A program made the translations under genes and the position numbers. From Eledone cirrhosa (Eukaryota), in contig OZ024758.1 of assembly GCA_964016885.1 (NCBI GenBank), positions 13,268,001 to 13,332,000 of the forward strand: a stretch of 64,000 nucleotides of DNA. The letters are read 5' to 3'. Of the stretch, positions 26,697-42,730 are shown piece by piece (within the stretch, counting starts at the first letter, position 1; every line of letters starts with the position of its first letter). Under the pieces are notes generated by a model that worked only from the letters and a program-made list of their open reading frames with translations, did not search any database and was not told where the DNA came from.

Positions 26697-26872
26697 GTAT
26701 AACAGTTTTAATATAGATGAGATTCTACAGGACTAGAACTGTTTCATTCATTTGAAATCATAATGAAACAGTTCTAGTCCTGTAGAATCTCATCTATATT
26801 AAAACTGTTATACTCTGCTATGTATTGAGTACCTTACTTACTGTGGTTACCTCCGATTCAACCCGGAATAAC
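26697..26872. mobile_element. Family 1 head-to-head palindromic insertion in (TA)n
   Basis: Arms 26697-26748 / 26762-26813; inversion point lies inside the HHR core/stem II. Confidence 0.85.
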
Positions 26873-26903
26873 GTATATATATATGTATATATATATATGT
26901 ATA

Positions 26904-27019
<116 letters not shown>

Positions 27020-27107
27020 GTATATATGTTGTGTGTATAAGAGCATATCATTTAATATTTGCCAAAGTAAACAAAAGACAGTTCCTGCACAATGAGTATA
27101 TATATAT

Positions 27108-27242
<135 letters not shown>

Positions 27243-27373
27243 TCCGACTCTGTGTGTTGTCTTTGACTTTCTACCATTCCGTATGAAAGTCTCTTAACAG
27301 ACCTGTTTTATATTTAATGAGGAGCGAATACAGAGCAGATTACAAACTAAACACAACTAACTTATTAAATACA

Positions 27374-27424
<51 letters not shown>

Positions 27425-27452
27425 CATACATACATACATATATATATATATA

Positions 27453-27506
<54 letters not shown>

Positions 27507-27580
27507 CTTATATTTCCAATATAAAGCGTGAAACTAATAAGACTTTTTGTACCTCTGTACCTCTCCTCAACTATATATAA

Positions 27581-27663
<83 letters not shown>

Positions 27664-27801
27664 CAACGGTGCCACCATATGTAATACACGTAGCTGTCTA
27701 AGAATTTGTGTCAATGTTCTTTGGTGTCGATATTTTTGTCTTGTTCTGTTATTGGAATATTTTACTTTGGCTGTTCCCCTTCTAACGAGAGTCTGTGACT
27801 T

Positions 27802-28588
<787 letters not shown>

Positions 28589-28858
28589 AAAAAGAACCCC
28601 CATCACCACTGGTGGGTTGCAGCACCCCTCTTTCCATCCTCACCTTCCCCTCCAAGTGGAACTTAAAGAAATTGTTGCCTGAAAGTGTCTTCTGCCCTGT
28701 TTCCTTTCAAGAATGTCCATCATACAATGGCTTCGATGTCTTTAGAGAGACCCGCTCTGTTGCAAATACATGGACAAAGTCTCCAGTTTGGAAACAACAT
28801 TCATTAAAAAAAAAGCGTTCATTCCTCCCGCCTCTCACCAGTCACGATGGACCCAAAG

Positions 28859-29477
28859 GAGTTATTGACTACAAACAAAGTAATAATTGTTTATACTTTT
28901 GGCACAAGGCCAGCAATTTCCCCAGTACATTATTGGTACTTTAAAAATAAAGTACCAGTAATGTACTGGGGAAAATTGCTGGCCTTGTGCCCAAAGTAGA
29001 AACAATTATTACTTTGTTTGTAGAACAGTGTCAATAACTCGACCCCCGTAAGGATGAAAGGCAAAGTTAACCTCGGCGGGATTTGAACTTAGATCATAAA
29101 GGGCCGTAACTCTATGCTGAAAAGCATGGCGTCCAAACCTCTACCGATACTGACAATCCTGCTAAATTAGGTACAAGGCCAGCATTTTGTGGGAGAGGAA
29201 GTCGATTAAATTGACCCCAGTACGTTGCCAGTACTTTATTTTATCGACCCCGCAAGGACGAACGGCAAGCCACCCATTGTAATAATAATTGTTTCTACTT
29301 TTGGCACAAGGCCAGCAAATACCCAGTGTATTACTGGTACTTTATTTTATCGACCCCATAAGGATGAAAGGCAAAGTTAACCTCGGCGGGATTTGAACTA
29401 AGAATGGCAAGGGCCGTAACTCTATGCGTCAAAGCATGGCGTCCGACCCTCTACCGATACTGCCAATCCACCGCCCA
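28859..29477 (-). mobile_element. Cluster of family A SINEs including a fold-back duplication of a SINE tail (28859-29040)
   Basis: Copies at 29041-29160, 29165-29275, 29285-29477; inverted tail arms centred near 28945. Confidence 0.85.
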
Positions 29478-29609
29478 TTGTAATAATAATAATTGAGAGA
29501 AATAATCTTAATGGGAATATTGTACAACTTTCTACTACGGCTGCCATTTTGAATAGCATCACGTTGCTAATTTAACTTATGCTTTGAAATATGTCTCCCC
29601 TCTCTCCCC

Positions 29610-29727
<118 letters not shown>

Positions 29728-29970
29728 ATTACACTTCCAACCAGTGCTGCCTGTAATTGTGTTCTTTCAAGCAGAACATCTTTTTAACTCCTGACTCTCC
29801 ACATGATGCCTATGACACTAACAACAAGAACCCTAAATGTTCTAAATGACTAGGATTTTAGTAACATGTTTCGACATTCCTTATGCTCCTATGATTCCAG
29901 ACTTCCCTCTGGAAGAAACAATTGTCAGCAAATAAATGTTCTAAACTAAAATTTGATCGTTTTAACACTT

Positions 29971-30050
<80 letters not shown>

Positions 30051-30164
30051 CATATATACACACACACTTGCATGTATACAGAAATGTATACACACTTCAA
30101 CATCATTCGAATAAAAGTATGTATACATTTTTGGGTGACACCTTGTATATATAATATATACGTA

Positions 30165-30243
<79 letters not shown>

Positions 30244-30383
30244 ATCTCTCTCTATATATATATATATCTTTATTTTTATTTTTATTTTTATTTTTAATTT
30301 CATTCGCACCGTTTCCTTTCGCTATATGTCTCTCCCCCACTCCCCTACACACCCTTTGAACTCTGTTCCCACACACTTCTCAC

Positions 30384-30455
30384 CTGAGGAAGGGCTTATG
30401 CCCGAAACGTCGTTCCCCACCAACACCCCACTCTCCAGAGCGTGAAATTAATAAA
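30384..30455 (+). ncRNA. Minimal Penelope-type hammerhead motif with downstream AATAAA
   Basis: CTGAGGA-AGGGC-TTAT-GCCC-GAAA-CGTC; stem I not evident. Confidence 0.7.
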
Positions 30456-30563
30456 CATTCGTTGTACTGCCTCTCTGTTTTGTTCCTGTTCAAATTTTTC
30501 CATTATATATATATATATATATATATACACTTCGTTTTTGGCAACATGACCCCCCTAAATTAT

Positions 30564-30617
<54 letters not shown>

Positions 30618-30800
30618 TATATACGATATATACATATATATTGATGAAGGATATCATTTAGTTAGTAGAAGGTGGTACGGTGTTTATTATAGATGTTGTA
30701 TATAAGAGATGTCTGAGTTAAGCAGAAGAAATGTATTTAACACTCTGACGTCACATATTTGGCAATTGTTAACTCCATTAGCTATATAGCACTTCACACA

Positions 30801-30849
<49 letters not shown>

Positions 30850-30992
30850 GTATATGTAGGAGGTGAGTTTTATTGTAGTACAATAAAGCAATGCAGATAT
30901 CGGATAAGAAGCACTCTACAGTTTGTAGGACTGGAGTATACATAATATATAAGATCAAAATACATGGAACTTATTTAACCATCTTTTGATCT

Positions 30993-31049
<57 letters not shown>

Positions 31050-31195
31050 CACACACAAACACACATACGCCTAAACACAGATAGACACACACATATATAT
31101 GTACGTATATACATGAATATATATATACGTATATACATGAATATATATATACGTATATACATGAATATATATGTACGTATATACATGAATATATA

Positions 31196-31263
31196 GAAGA
31201 TCCCGTTAAGGGTGAAAGCAGCGATTCTTTGCTTAAACTTTAATCTGTTATTTTAATAAATAA

Positions 31264-31268
<5 letters not shown>
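31196..31268 (+). mobile_element. HHR element family 4, 5'-truncated inside the core; other copies 34092-34148 (+), 39597-39650 (-), 40524-40595 (+)
   Basis: (CT)GAAGA-T-CCC-GTTAA-GGG-T-GAAA-GCA...TGC-TT-AAAC...AATAAA then (TA)n. Confidence 0.7.
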
Positions 31269-31350
<82 letters not shown>

Positions 31351-31733
31351 TATATATATACACCATATCATATGTCTGTATAATTCTTATGGCAAGGTAG
31401 AAATCTTTGTACATTATTTTTTGATTCGTTTAGACATCTTAGTATGTTTGTTTGTGTGTATGTGTGTGTATGTGTGTGTATGTGTGTGTGTATGTGTGTG
31501 TATGTGTGTGTATGTGTGTGTGTATGAGGATGTGTGTGTAGGTGTGTATAAGGTCGTACGTGTATATGTGTATATATGTATATGAGTATGTATGTATGTG
31601 TGTATATATGTATGTGTGTATGTGTGCATGTGTCTATATGTGTATGTATCTACGTGTCTATGTGTGTATGTGTTATGTATGTGTGTGTGTGTTTACATGT
31701 GTGGATGAGTGTGTGTGAGTATCAGTTTGAATA

Positions 31734-31911
31734 CAGTGAAAATCCGTTATAACGAAATTCACGGGGTATATTAAAGAAAAATTCGGTGTAACAAAAAATT
31801 CTTTATAACAAGATCTACCTAACATATTGAGCATGTGGCCGGGATTGGAAAAAAAGACGTTATATTGAAAAATTCGTTATAATGCTATTCGTTATAACGG
31901 AATTTTACCTG
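31734..31911. mobile_element. Tc1/mariner (pogo/Tigger-like) MITE with TA target duplication
   Basis: TA-CAGTGAAAATCCGTTATAACGAA ... TTCGTTATAACGGAATTTTACCTG-TA; second, inverted copy at 58949-59110. Confidence 0.85.
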
Positions 31912-32825
31912 TATATGTATGTATCCGTGGGTGATTTCCTCTGCCCATTCTAAGGAAACCATATTGTATCGTACTAGAACTTTACCAATTTCTAGCATAT
32001 CTAATTTATTCTATTATATATAAATATTTATAATTTTTAACAGCAAGGAATAATGGATTTGAAATATTTAAATGAAGGTTTATATCTGCAATGTCAATGA
32101 GAAACTATCAGGAATTTATTATGTGACTGCTTGCTAGTTCGGATAAACTAAGATTAATTATTGATTTCATGCAAGGTAAATGAAATGAAATCGCACCTTT
32201 CTTTGGAAATTCTATTGATAATTGGAAACTGTCCAGTTACTTCGGTAGAAGATAAACAGTAATTAGAAGATCTTTGTTAATTAATTAATAAATATATTCG
32301 TCCCTAATGTGTTCGTTTCTCTATAGCCTTTATTCCTTTCTCTAAACGACGTTACAGCTTGGACGATTTTATTGTGAGCTAAGATTAAATGAAGATTTGA
32401 ACTCCCGTTAGTCATAAAGTGTTCTGCTTAGATCAGTGACACACACATATTCTAGGAGACTAAGCACTTACACACTTGAAGTGGTGAGCTAGAAAGATTT
32501 AATTAATCAAGATTAATGCACCTGCATTGATGAACGCTGTACGTTAAATCAATAGTTTAATGTATCCAAGACAGGGAGGGTCACATAATTTGAAATAATT
32601 GTGTTGTCAACACCAAATTTTCAATTAATTAAAATTGATAAAAAAAAAGAATAAAATCATGTGACGAGGGGGAAAATTGAATCCAATCTTTATATATATA
32701 CTAGATCATCCGTTGGGTCACGTTCCCTTAAAAGTATTTTTAAAAATCATGTTCGCTTAAAAATCACGTTTTTAAAATCATGTTCCCTTAAAAATAATTA
32801 GACAAGCTTCAATCACAGAGTTTTG

Positions 32826-32854
<29 letters not shown>

Positions 32855-32856
<2 letters not shown>

Positions 32857-33062
32857 ACGAAGGAAATGTGGTAAGGAACCAGATGGGCCATAACGCACCA
32901 AAGTACTCAATACTTAGGGTTGTAGAGTGGGTAATAGGGACGAGTGGGACCCCGACGGCTGAGCTCAAGCCGTTTCGACGGCTAATTCTGGACTAAAATC
33001 ATGTTTAGTCCAGAATTAGCCGTCGAAACGGCTTGAGCTCAGCCGTCGGGGTCCTACTCGTT

Positions 33063-33066
<4 letters not shown>
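32855..33066. mobile_element. Family 2 head-to-head palindromic insertion in (TA)n
   Basis: Arms ~32934-32997 / 33004-33066. Confidence 0.85.
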
Positions 33067-33113
<47 letters not shown>

Positions 33114-33185
33114 GAAAAAACGAGGAAGTTTCGTTTACATATGAAAAATATTTATTGCGTATCGAACTGTTCGATATATATATAT

Positions 33186-33261
<76 letters not shown>

Positions 33262-33265
<4 letters not shown>

Positions 33266-33442
33266 GTCGGTCTTCCCCCACAGTGTCCGTATATTAAGAG
33301 TTTCTATTCGTAAGGCTTGGGTCAATCCCAAGCTACAGTAGAAGTTACTTGTCCATATCAATCCCCAAAACGCCATTCAATGAGATCGAACCATGACACA
33401 AACTGCGATTGCAAACTTCCTAACTGCACAGTTACGGCTGCA
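33262..33442 (-). mobile_element. Diverged tRNA-derived SINE (third family, CORE-like)
   Basis: Minus strand GGTTCGATC B-box, then GGACAAGTAACTTCTACTGTAGC, ending in (TA)n. Confidence 0.55.
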
Positions 33443-33701
33443 CTAATTTCTGTTTAGGTTTCGAGAAAATTATTGCCTTCCAGTTTGCAAGTGTGCCATG
33501 TGTCCATATTGCTGGCATTAAGAGACGTTAGAGTATACAGACAATAGCAATTGTATTCTTACTATGGAGACATTTATGTGGAAGACTGCCAATCATTTTA
33601 ATCATCACCTCCATTACTGTGTCCGCAGTTATTAAAATGAACGTCATATTCTGCAGAAGAAGCGGCAACTCATTCAACACTTACACCGCCATCACCATCA
33701 C

Positions 33702-33765
<64 letters not shown>

Positions 33766-33833
33766 AGCAGCAACAGCAGTGGAAACAGCAGCAGAAGACC
33801 ACCACCACCACCACCACCACCACCACCACCACC

Positions 33834-33996
33834 TTTGGCACAAGGCCAGCAAATACCCCAGTGCATTACTGGTACTTTATTTTATCGACCCCCGTAATGA
33901 TGAAAGGCAAAGTTAACCTCGGCGGGATTTGAACTCAGAACGGCAAGGGCCGTAACTCTATGCGTCAAACCCTAACCCTCTACCGATACTGCCAAT
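33834..33996 (-). mobile_element. Family A SINE
   Basis: Core, B-box and head. Confidence 0.88.
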
Positions 33997-34046
33997 ATAG
34001 TAATAATTGTTTCTGATAAATGTGAAGAATAAGGATTATATATATT

Positions 34047-34081
<35 letters not shown>

Positions 34082-34141
34082 ATATATATAAACCCGTTGA
34101 GGGTGAAAGCAACGATTCTTTGCTTAAACTTTAATCTTATA

Positions 34142-34190
<49 letters not shown>

Positions 34191-34603
34191 CACACACAGA
34201 CACATATATATATATACAAGGTGTCCCTAAAAATGTGTACATTTTACAACATACCCGACACAGCAACTGTAGCCGTGTAAAATATACGCAGCAGTCAACA
34301 GGTTAAGCAAACAGTTTAGTATCAACGCCATTACCAACATTTACACAACCAAACTCCTACACCAAGAGTAACACCCCCACTAACAATTATACACACACAC
34401 AAGTTAATATATACGTCACACTACCTCCCACATCACAACCAACAACCACAAAACAACAATACCAGAATAACAACAAACAAAACAACAACTACTACAGAGT
34501 TATTATCAAATATTGTTATCATTCTAAGAACGCCGTGTTAGAGGTATGTTCTACAGATTGCGTCTTACGTCAAATGATACATAGTAACAGGATATATGTA
34601 TAT

Positions 34604-34695
<92 letters not shown>

Positions 34696-34722
34696 TACAT
34701 ATACACATATATATATACATAT

Positions 34723-34757
<35 letters not shown>

Positions 34758-35099
34758 ATATACATGCGTGTATATAAATATGTATATGCATATATATATA
34801 TATATATGTATGCATGTATGTACATATATATATATGTATGAGCTCATGGTCGATCCTCTACGTCACTAATATATATATCACACACACACACACACACACG
34901 CACACACACACACACACGCGCGCGCGCTTAACCATTTGCTTGTTTCTCTGTCCTCTCTGATATAAGTTCCAATCTGAAGGATATACCTTTTAGTGTACTT
35001 TCTTAATGTTTAAAGAGATGTAGTCAAATAATAATAGCAACTATTGCGTATATATAACAGCAGAGGAGAAGTGAAGAAGATAGATAGATAGATAGATAG

Positions 35100-35475
35100 A
35101 TATATTTCTTTATTAGCCACAGGGGCACAAAAGAAGGGGACAAATACAAAGGGGGAAGTTTACATACAATAAAAACGTGTAAAATGTTATCACAGATGGA
35201 ATTTAAAAGTTAGTCGATTTTCCCCAATAGAGGGAGACAGTTTATATGGGTAACACATACCCCCGAAAAAAATGAGCAACCCTCATCTCCAGGAGTACGA
35301 AGAGCTTGTACTCCTTTCCTCTCCTCCTCCTTTTCCTCAATCTACAGGCTGATATAGAGAGAAGGCCCATTCACTCGGGCCATTCTCGCCACTTTCACCC
35401 ACCTTTCATAAAACTTGCTGGGGTACAGCACCTCTCTCTCCATCCTGATTCTTCTTCCAAAGTGGTATTTGAAAA

Positions 35476-35524
<49 letters not shown>

Positions 35525-35610
35525 GAGAGAGATAGATAGATAGAGAGGTAGAGAGAGAGGGATAGAGAGATATATTTCTTTATTTGCCACAAGGGCACAC
35601 AAGAAAAGGG
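35100..35610 (-). mobile_element. L1/Tx1-like LINE 3' end (35100-35478) plus terminal fragment (35570-35610) within (TAGA)n
   Basis: FFKYHFGRRIRMEREVLYPSKFYERWVKVARMARVNGPSLYISL*, homologous to the 22107/22503 copies; ends GTGGCTAATAAAGAAATA(TCTA)n. Confidence 0.78.
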
Positions 35611-35664
35611 TAGATAGATAGAGAGATGAGATAGATAGATAGAGAGAGAGGGAGAGAGAGAGGG

Positions 35665-35730
<66 letters not shown>

Positions 35731-35830
35731 AGAGAGAGAAAGAGGTTGGGGTGACGGACGTATTGAGAGAGAAATCACGATGTCAATTTATCCAGAATCT
35801 ATGAATACATGAAACTCAACTAAACGTAAT

Positions 35831-36086
35831 GCAGACAGGAAGACAAACAAATAACCGTGGATCGTCAGGCCACTTCCTCTTCGTACTGGCCACTGACGAG
35901 ACCTCAGGTGCACTTGGACCCCATACTGCCGAGCTCCTCCGTAGGATCGGAACGTCAGCGGCCCGTCCGAGGAAGGAGCCCTGCGTGGTGGGGTGGCTGA
36001 TGTAGCGGGTGTCGCAGGCCATTGTCCGCGGGAATACTTTTGCAGTCTTGTCCGTGGAGTGCAGCCCCATTACCACCTTGCCCTAG
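35831..36086 (+). pseudogene. CRE-clade non-LTR retrotransposon restriction-like endonuclease C-terminal remnant
   Basis: ADRKTNK[frameshift]RGSSGHFLFVLATDETSGALGPHTAELLRRIG...EPCVVGWLM*RVSQAIVRGNTFAVL fits the K..KY...F.P.A.ET.G..G...WL.QR.S.AI.RGN pattern. Confidence 0.75.
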
Positions 36087-37267
36087 GCTCATCAACCTCC
36101 CCCTATTCCCCATCCCCTTTCTTCTTTGACACTGGAGCCCTTTCCTTACCTATACGTTTCCGTTTTTATATTTCCTTATTTTACAATTGCTCCCTAGCAA
36201 AAACACCACAGAGAAATGAACAGCCAGCAAGTCAAGGGTTAGCAGTTGTTTATTAGTTTGTCAGTATTTTATTATGTTGTTTATTAGTTTGTCAGTATAT
36301 CTAAAGCTGGACATAATGTGTTAAATATCCAGCTGAAATATATAGTGATGTCAGTGAAACATATGTCACATTCTATGTTACTTCGTTTATAAAAAATTTA
36401 CAAGTTGCATTAATAGTTTCTATCATATTCTTGGTGTTAGGTGTTTATACGAGTTAGCTAGATGTGTCCATTCCTTTTCTTTCTCTTTTTCTCTCTCACA
36501 CACACGTACATACAAACAGACACACACACATATATATATATATACACACATATATATATATATGCTCAAACGCACACACAAACATATATATGCTCAAACA
36601 CACATATATATATATGCTCAAACGCACACACAAACATACATATGCCCAAACACCCACACATACATTCACACACACACGCATATATCTTTATATATAAGCT
36701 CAAACACACGCACATGCACACACACATATATATATATATGCTCTAACACACACATACATTCACACACACACACACACACATACAAGCACACATATACATA
36801 TATGTGCTCAAATACACACACACACACACATATATATGTATATAATATATGCTAACATACATACTAGAGATTGAAGGACACAAGATCTTATTAGAAGGTC
36901 AAAAACTCAACATTTTTCACAATAGAAGACAAAAGACGAAGAACAAGTAAACAAAATTCTTATAGTAAATAACCACAACTGTTAATATTCGATCTTCGAT
37001 CTTTGAATATAGTTTTGGTTGAAGCGCGTGCCTGAGGATAAGCAACACAGATTCAATAAAGTATAATGTCAACAATAAATCTCGTTAGTATGAGACAATA
37101 CGCAGCGAGATTCTCGTGTTTGCTTGAACGTATTGAGCAAGTTATTTGAAACGCAATATCAAATTGTTAGCGACGTATTTTTACAAGATTTTTACACATA
37201 ACACGTAGGAAAAAAACAACAGAATCTTTTGAATAATTCTCTCTTTTCAGAGTATTATATTTTATAT

Positions 37268-37460
37268 AGGGCGATGGATTGGCAGTATCGGTAGAGTGTC
37301 AGACGCCCTGCTTTGTAGCACAGAGTTATGGCCCTTTGCGTTCGGAGTTCAAACCCTGCCGAGGTTAACTTTGCCTTTCATCCTTACGGGGTCGATAAAA
37401 TAAAGTACCAGTAATATACTGGAATAATTGCTGGCCTTGTGTCAAAAGTAGAAACAGTTA
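37268..37460 (+). mobile_element. Family A SINE
   Basis: Head, B-box, core, tail. Confidence 0.9.
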
Positions 37461-37769
37461 TATGTTATACAGATAGAGATAATATATAAAACAGTGAATA
37501 AAAAATGCAAGTGTCTTTTGTGGTTATGAAAACGGAAAAGGGAGGGAAGAACAAGGGCTCGAGGGTCATAGAAGAATACATATACAGGAAATGGAATCAA
37601 TCAATTAATTAAAAGGAACATTCTGTAATTAATTTAATTTTGTAATCATTAATAAATAATAATCATGGATAATTATTAAACATTTTTTTTACCCGATGTT
37701 TATTTTTAGGAGAGGGGCCTCAAATGTCATGTAGCTTTGGGTCTCAAGAGCTGAAAGTCCGGCCCTGCA

Positions 37770-38010
37770 TATAACTCCCTGTTTTATCCCGTAACTCTTC
37801 AAGGAGCCGTTAGGGGCGTCGTATAGACATACATCGTTTCTAGGACATTTTAAAAATCTGGCAGAGCCCATCTCATCAACAGGTCTGAATATAGCAGATT
37901 TCTTCCAGAGAAAGATAGAAAATGTGAAAGAATGGAAGTGAGAGAGAGCGAGAGATATATAGAAGAAGAATCGACCCTAGTACTAAACTGGTACTTTTTT
38001 ATCGACCTCG
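37770..38010 (-). mobile_element. 3' part of SINE family B
   Basis: Reverse-complement homology to 7930-8125 and 45570-45790. Confidence 0.72.
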
Positions 38011-38552
38011 AATGAGATGATTATAACTACTTAACTGTAATATTTTAGCTACTTACTGAATTTTACATCGAATTTTATGAATTAAATTTGCATTTAAAAA
38101 AAATGATAAATAGAAACTTATTTACGTTTTTATATTTAAGAATTAATATTTCATAGCTTCAGCCAATGTAAATTTTGCCTACTTTACCTAACCAGAGAAT
38201 ATGTCCCGGGTTTATTTATACATTACATAAAAATTGGGTAACATTAAAACCTGAATTGATTGTAAAAATATGTGTGTGGATTTATGAATATTTAAACGGT
38301 CCAGGAATTGACTATAAAGGTCTATGCATCGAAACAAGTAATATAAATAGTAATATGAATCGCAAATGTTTGAAAAGCTATGCTTAAAGCTTGGCATTTA
38401 ATCAAATTTCCATGTTTATATATGCTTTTTTGTTTACCATTATTGGCCGATTGAAAGATATATATGTAATAGATTGTTCTTTAGAAATATGTTTCATGAA
38501 TTGTTACTCAACGACAAATTTCATCAAACTGACCACCATATTAATCACCCCT

Positions 38553-38614
<62 letters not shown>

Positions 38615-38615
38615 C

Positions 38616-38648
<33 letters not shown>

Positions 38649-38887
38649 ACTCTCCCCTTCTCTCTTTTTGTCTCGCTCTATCTATCTATCGATTGCTTTT
38701 GTGTTGATAGTCTGCGGTACTGAGAGCAAAACGATCATAAACCAAATAAGTACTCAATACATGGTAAGACATAGAGTGGTTATATTAGTGAAAGTAGAGG
38801 AACTGTCGCAAGTTCAGCAGTTTCAGTTGGTTACCTCTAGGAGAGGTAACCAACTGAGACTGCAAGAACTGTAGCTCTTTTCATTCA

Positions 38888-38944
<57 letters not shown>

Positions 38945-38948
<4 letters not shown>

Positions 38949-39030
38949 ATCCCCCGGTATTCGCGGGGGTTACGTTCCTGAGCACCCGCGAATAGTGAAA
39001 AACCACGAATTTTGGACATGATCCATAAAA
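38945..39030 (+). mobile_element. Tigger/pogo-like left terminus (partial)
   Basis: AGTAATCCCCCGGTATTCGCGGGGGTTACGTTCC...CCCGCGAAT after TA; no right end found. Confidence 0.55.
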
Positions 39031-39504
39031 AAGCCTATAAACGTCAAAATATAATGTAAAATATAATTTTATGTAGTAATTTTAATGTAGTAGATATAGA
39101 GAGGGAGGAGAGTTTGGTGCTAATTGGTAAAGAGAGAGAGAGATTGGAAGAGAGTACTGTGTAGTAAATATAGAGAGGGGGAGAGTTTGGTGCTAATTGA
39201 TATAGAGAGGGAGATTGGAAGAGAGTTTGTGTAGTAGATGTAGAGAGGGGGATTGGGCAAGTATGTTGTATGGTTGATGCAAAAAGTAGGAGAGTTTATA
39301 TCTTGTTTGTTTACTTGTCTCGCCCGCTTTACGCGATTTACTTGTCCCAATAGCTTTATTTAGCTATTGCTCGCACCAACCGGAGGTATATGAGTTTTAA
39401 AGCGATGAAATACCAATGAAGGTTGGAAAATCACTGACGAAGGACTATTTTTATCATATGTAACCCATGTGCAACCACGCAGTATTCTTCTTTCTTCTCA
39501 TGTT

Positions 39505-39581
<77 letters not shown>

Positions 39582-39653
39582 AACCGAAGAGCAAATATTT
39601 ATTAAAATAACAGATTAAAGTTTAAGCAAAGAATCGCTGCTTTCACCCTATAA

Positions 39654-39684
<31 letters not shown>

Positions 39685-39689
39685 CACAA

Positions 39690-39950
39690 AAGTCAGCTTA
39701 AAAGTGACACAGAGGAGACTGAGGTTAGCTGGACATGGTCACCGACATTCAGAGTTGACACTGCATTCAGTGATCCTGTGGGAGCCCCTACACGCACACA
39801 CTAAAAGAGGGAGATCGAGGTTGACATATATTGATGTCCTAAGGACAGACAATGGCCTCTGGGAGACGCAGGACATGGCAGCGATGATGAGGGGTCGGGT
39901 GGGGACCGTTGGAGAGAACTCGTCCATGGATCTCGGGAATTTTACCCGCC
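39690..39950 (+). pseudogene. RTE-clade LINE ORF C-terminal remnant
   Basis: QRRLRLAGHGHRHSELTLHSVILWEPLHAHTKRGRSRLTYIDVLRTDNGL...MAAMMRGR is a typical RTE C-terminal motif. Confidence 0.85.
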
Positions 39951-39976
39951 CTATCTGTATATATATATATATATAT

Positions 39977-40266
<290 letters not shown>

Positions 40267-40285
40267 ATATATATATGTATATATG

Positions 40286-40510
<225 letters not shown>

Positions 40511-40635
40511 ATAATCATAAATGTGAAGACTAAAATCCAAAGAATAAAGGTGAAAGCAGTGATTCTTTGCTTAAACATTAATCTGTTATTTTTATATTAT
40601 ATATATATATATATATTATACATATTATACATATG

Positions 40636-40817
40636 GGGGATTGGCAGTATCGGTAGAAGGTCGGACGCCATGCTTTGCAGCATAGAGTTACGCCCCTTTA
40701 TGGTCTGAGTTCAAATCCTGCCGAGGTTAACTTTGTTTTTCATCCTTATGGGGTGGATAAAATAAAGTACCAGTAATGTACTGAATAATTGCTGGCCTTG
40801 TGCCAAAAGTAGAAACA

Positions 40818-40818
<1 letters not shown>
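40636..40818 (+). mobile_element. Family A SINE
   Basis: Head, B-box, core, tail. Confidence 0.9.
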
Positions 40819-40848
<30 letters not shown>

Positions 40849-40851
<3 letters not shown>

Positions 40852-40997
40852 TACCAGCAAAATCTGGGGGTTCAACCCTACGATGGACTGGCGTCCAGTC
40901 CAGGGGGAAGTTTTGTACTCTCAGTCACTTAATGCCTTGGAAACTGGGTTGAGGAACATCCCGATGCGCCTGCGGGCTCGAGACACACTTTAGACTT
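40849..40997 (+). mobile_element. 3' half of a V-SINE-like element
   Basis: CCCTACGATGGACTGGCGTCCAGTCCAGGGG resembles the V-domain as recalled; not verified. Confidence 0.5.
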
Positions 40998-41190
40998 TTA
41001 CATACTGTAGATCTTAGCTTGTTTTAGTCGCCATGACTAAGGCCAGGCTGGAGTACCGTTGTATCGATTTTTATAAAATATATTTCTATAATGTCAACTC
41101 GGTCTAACACATGATGCTTATTACATGATAGCGTGCTATTTTGCAGTTGCTCATCTTACACATTCTGCTGTTGTGTGTGTGTGTGGTGTG

Positions 41191-41252
<62 letters not shown>

Positions 41253-41345
41253 CCGATCAGACATTTCCGATGTTCTTCGATTCTACTATACAATGATGAA
41301 TATTTATTTATAATGATGCATACACACGTTCCCATCAAACACAAA

Positions 41346-42730
<1,385 letters not shown>

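Noticed and set aside
33968-33980. AACCCTAACCCT telomere-like motif in a SINE
   Set aside because: Only two units; chance or local slippage
39434-39470. CTGACGAAGGAC possible HHR
   Set aside because: No downstream GTCC-GAAA; at most a deleted remnant
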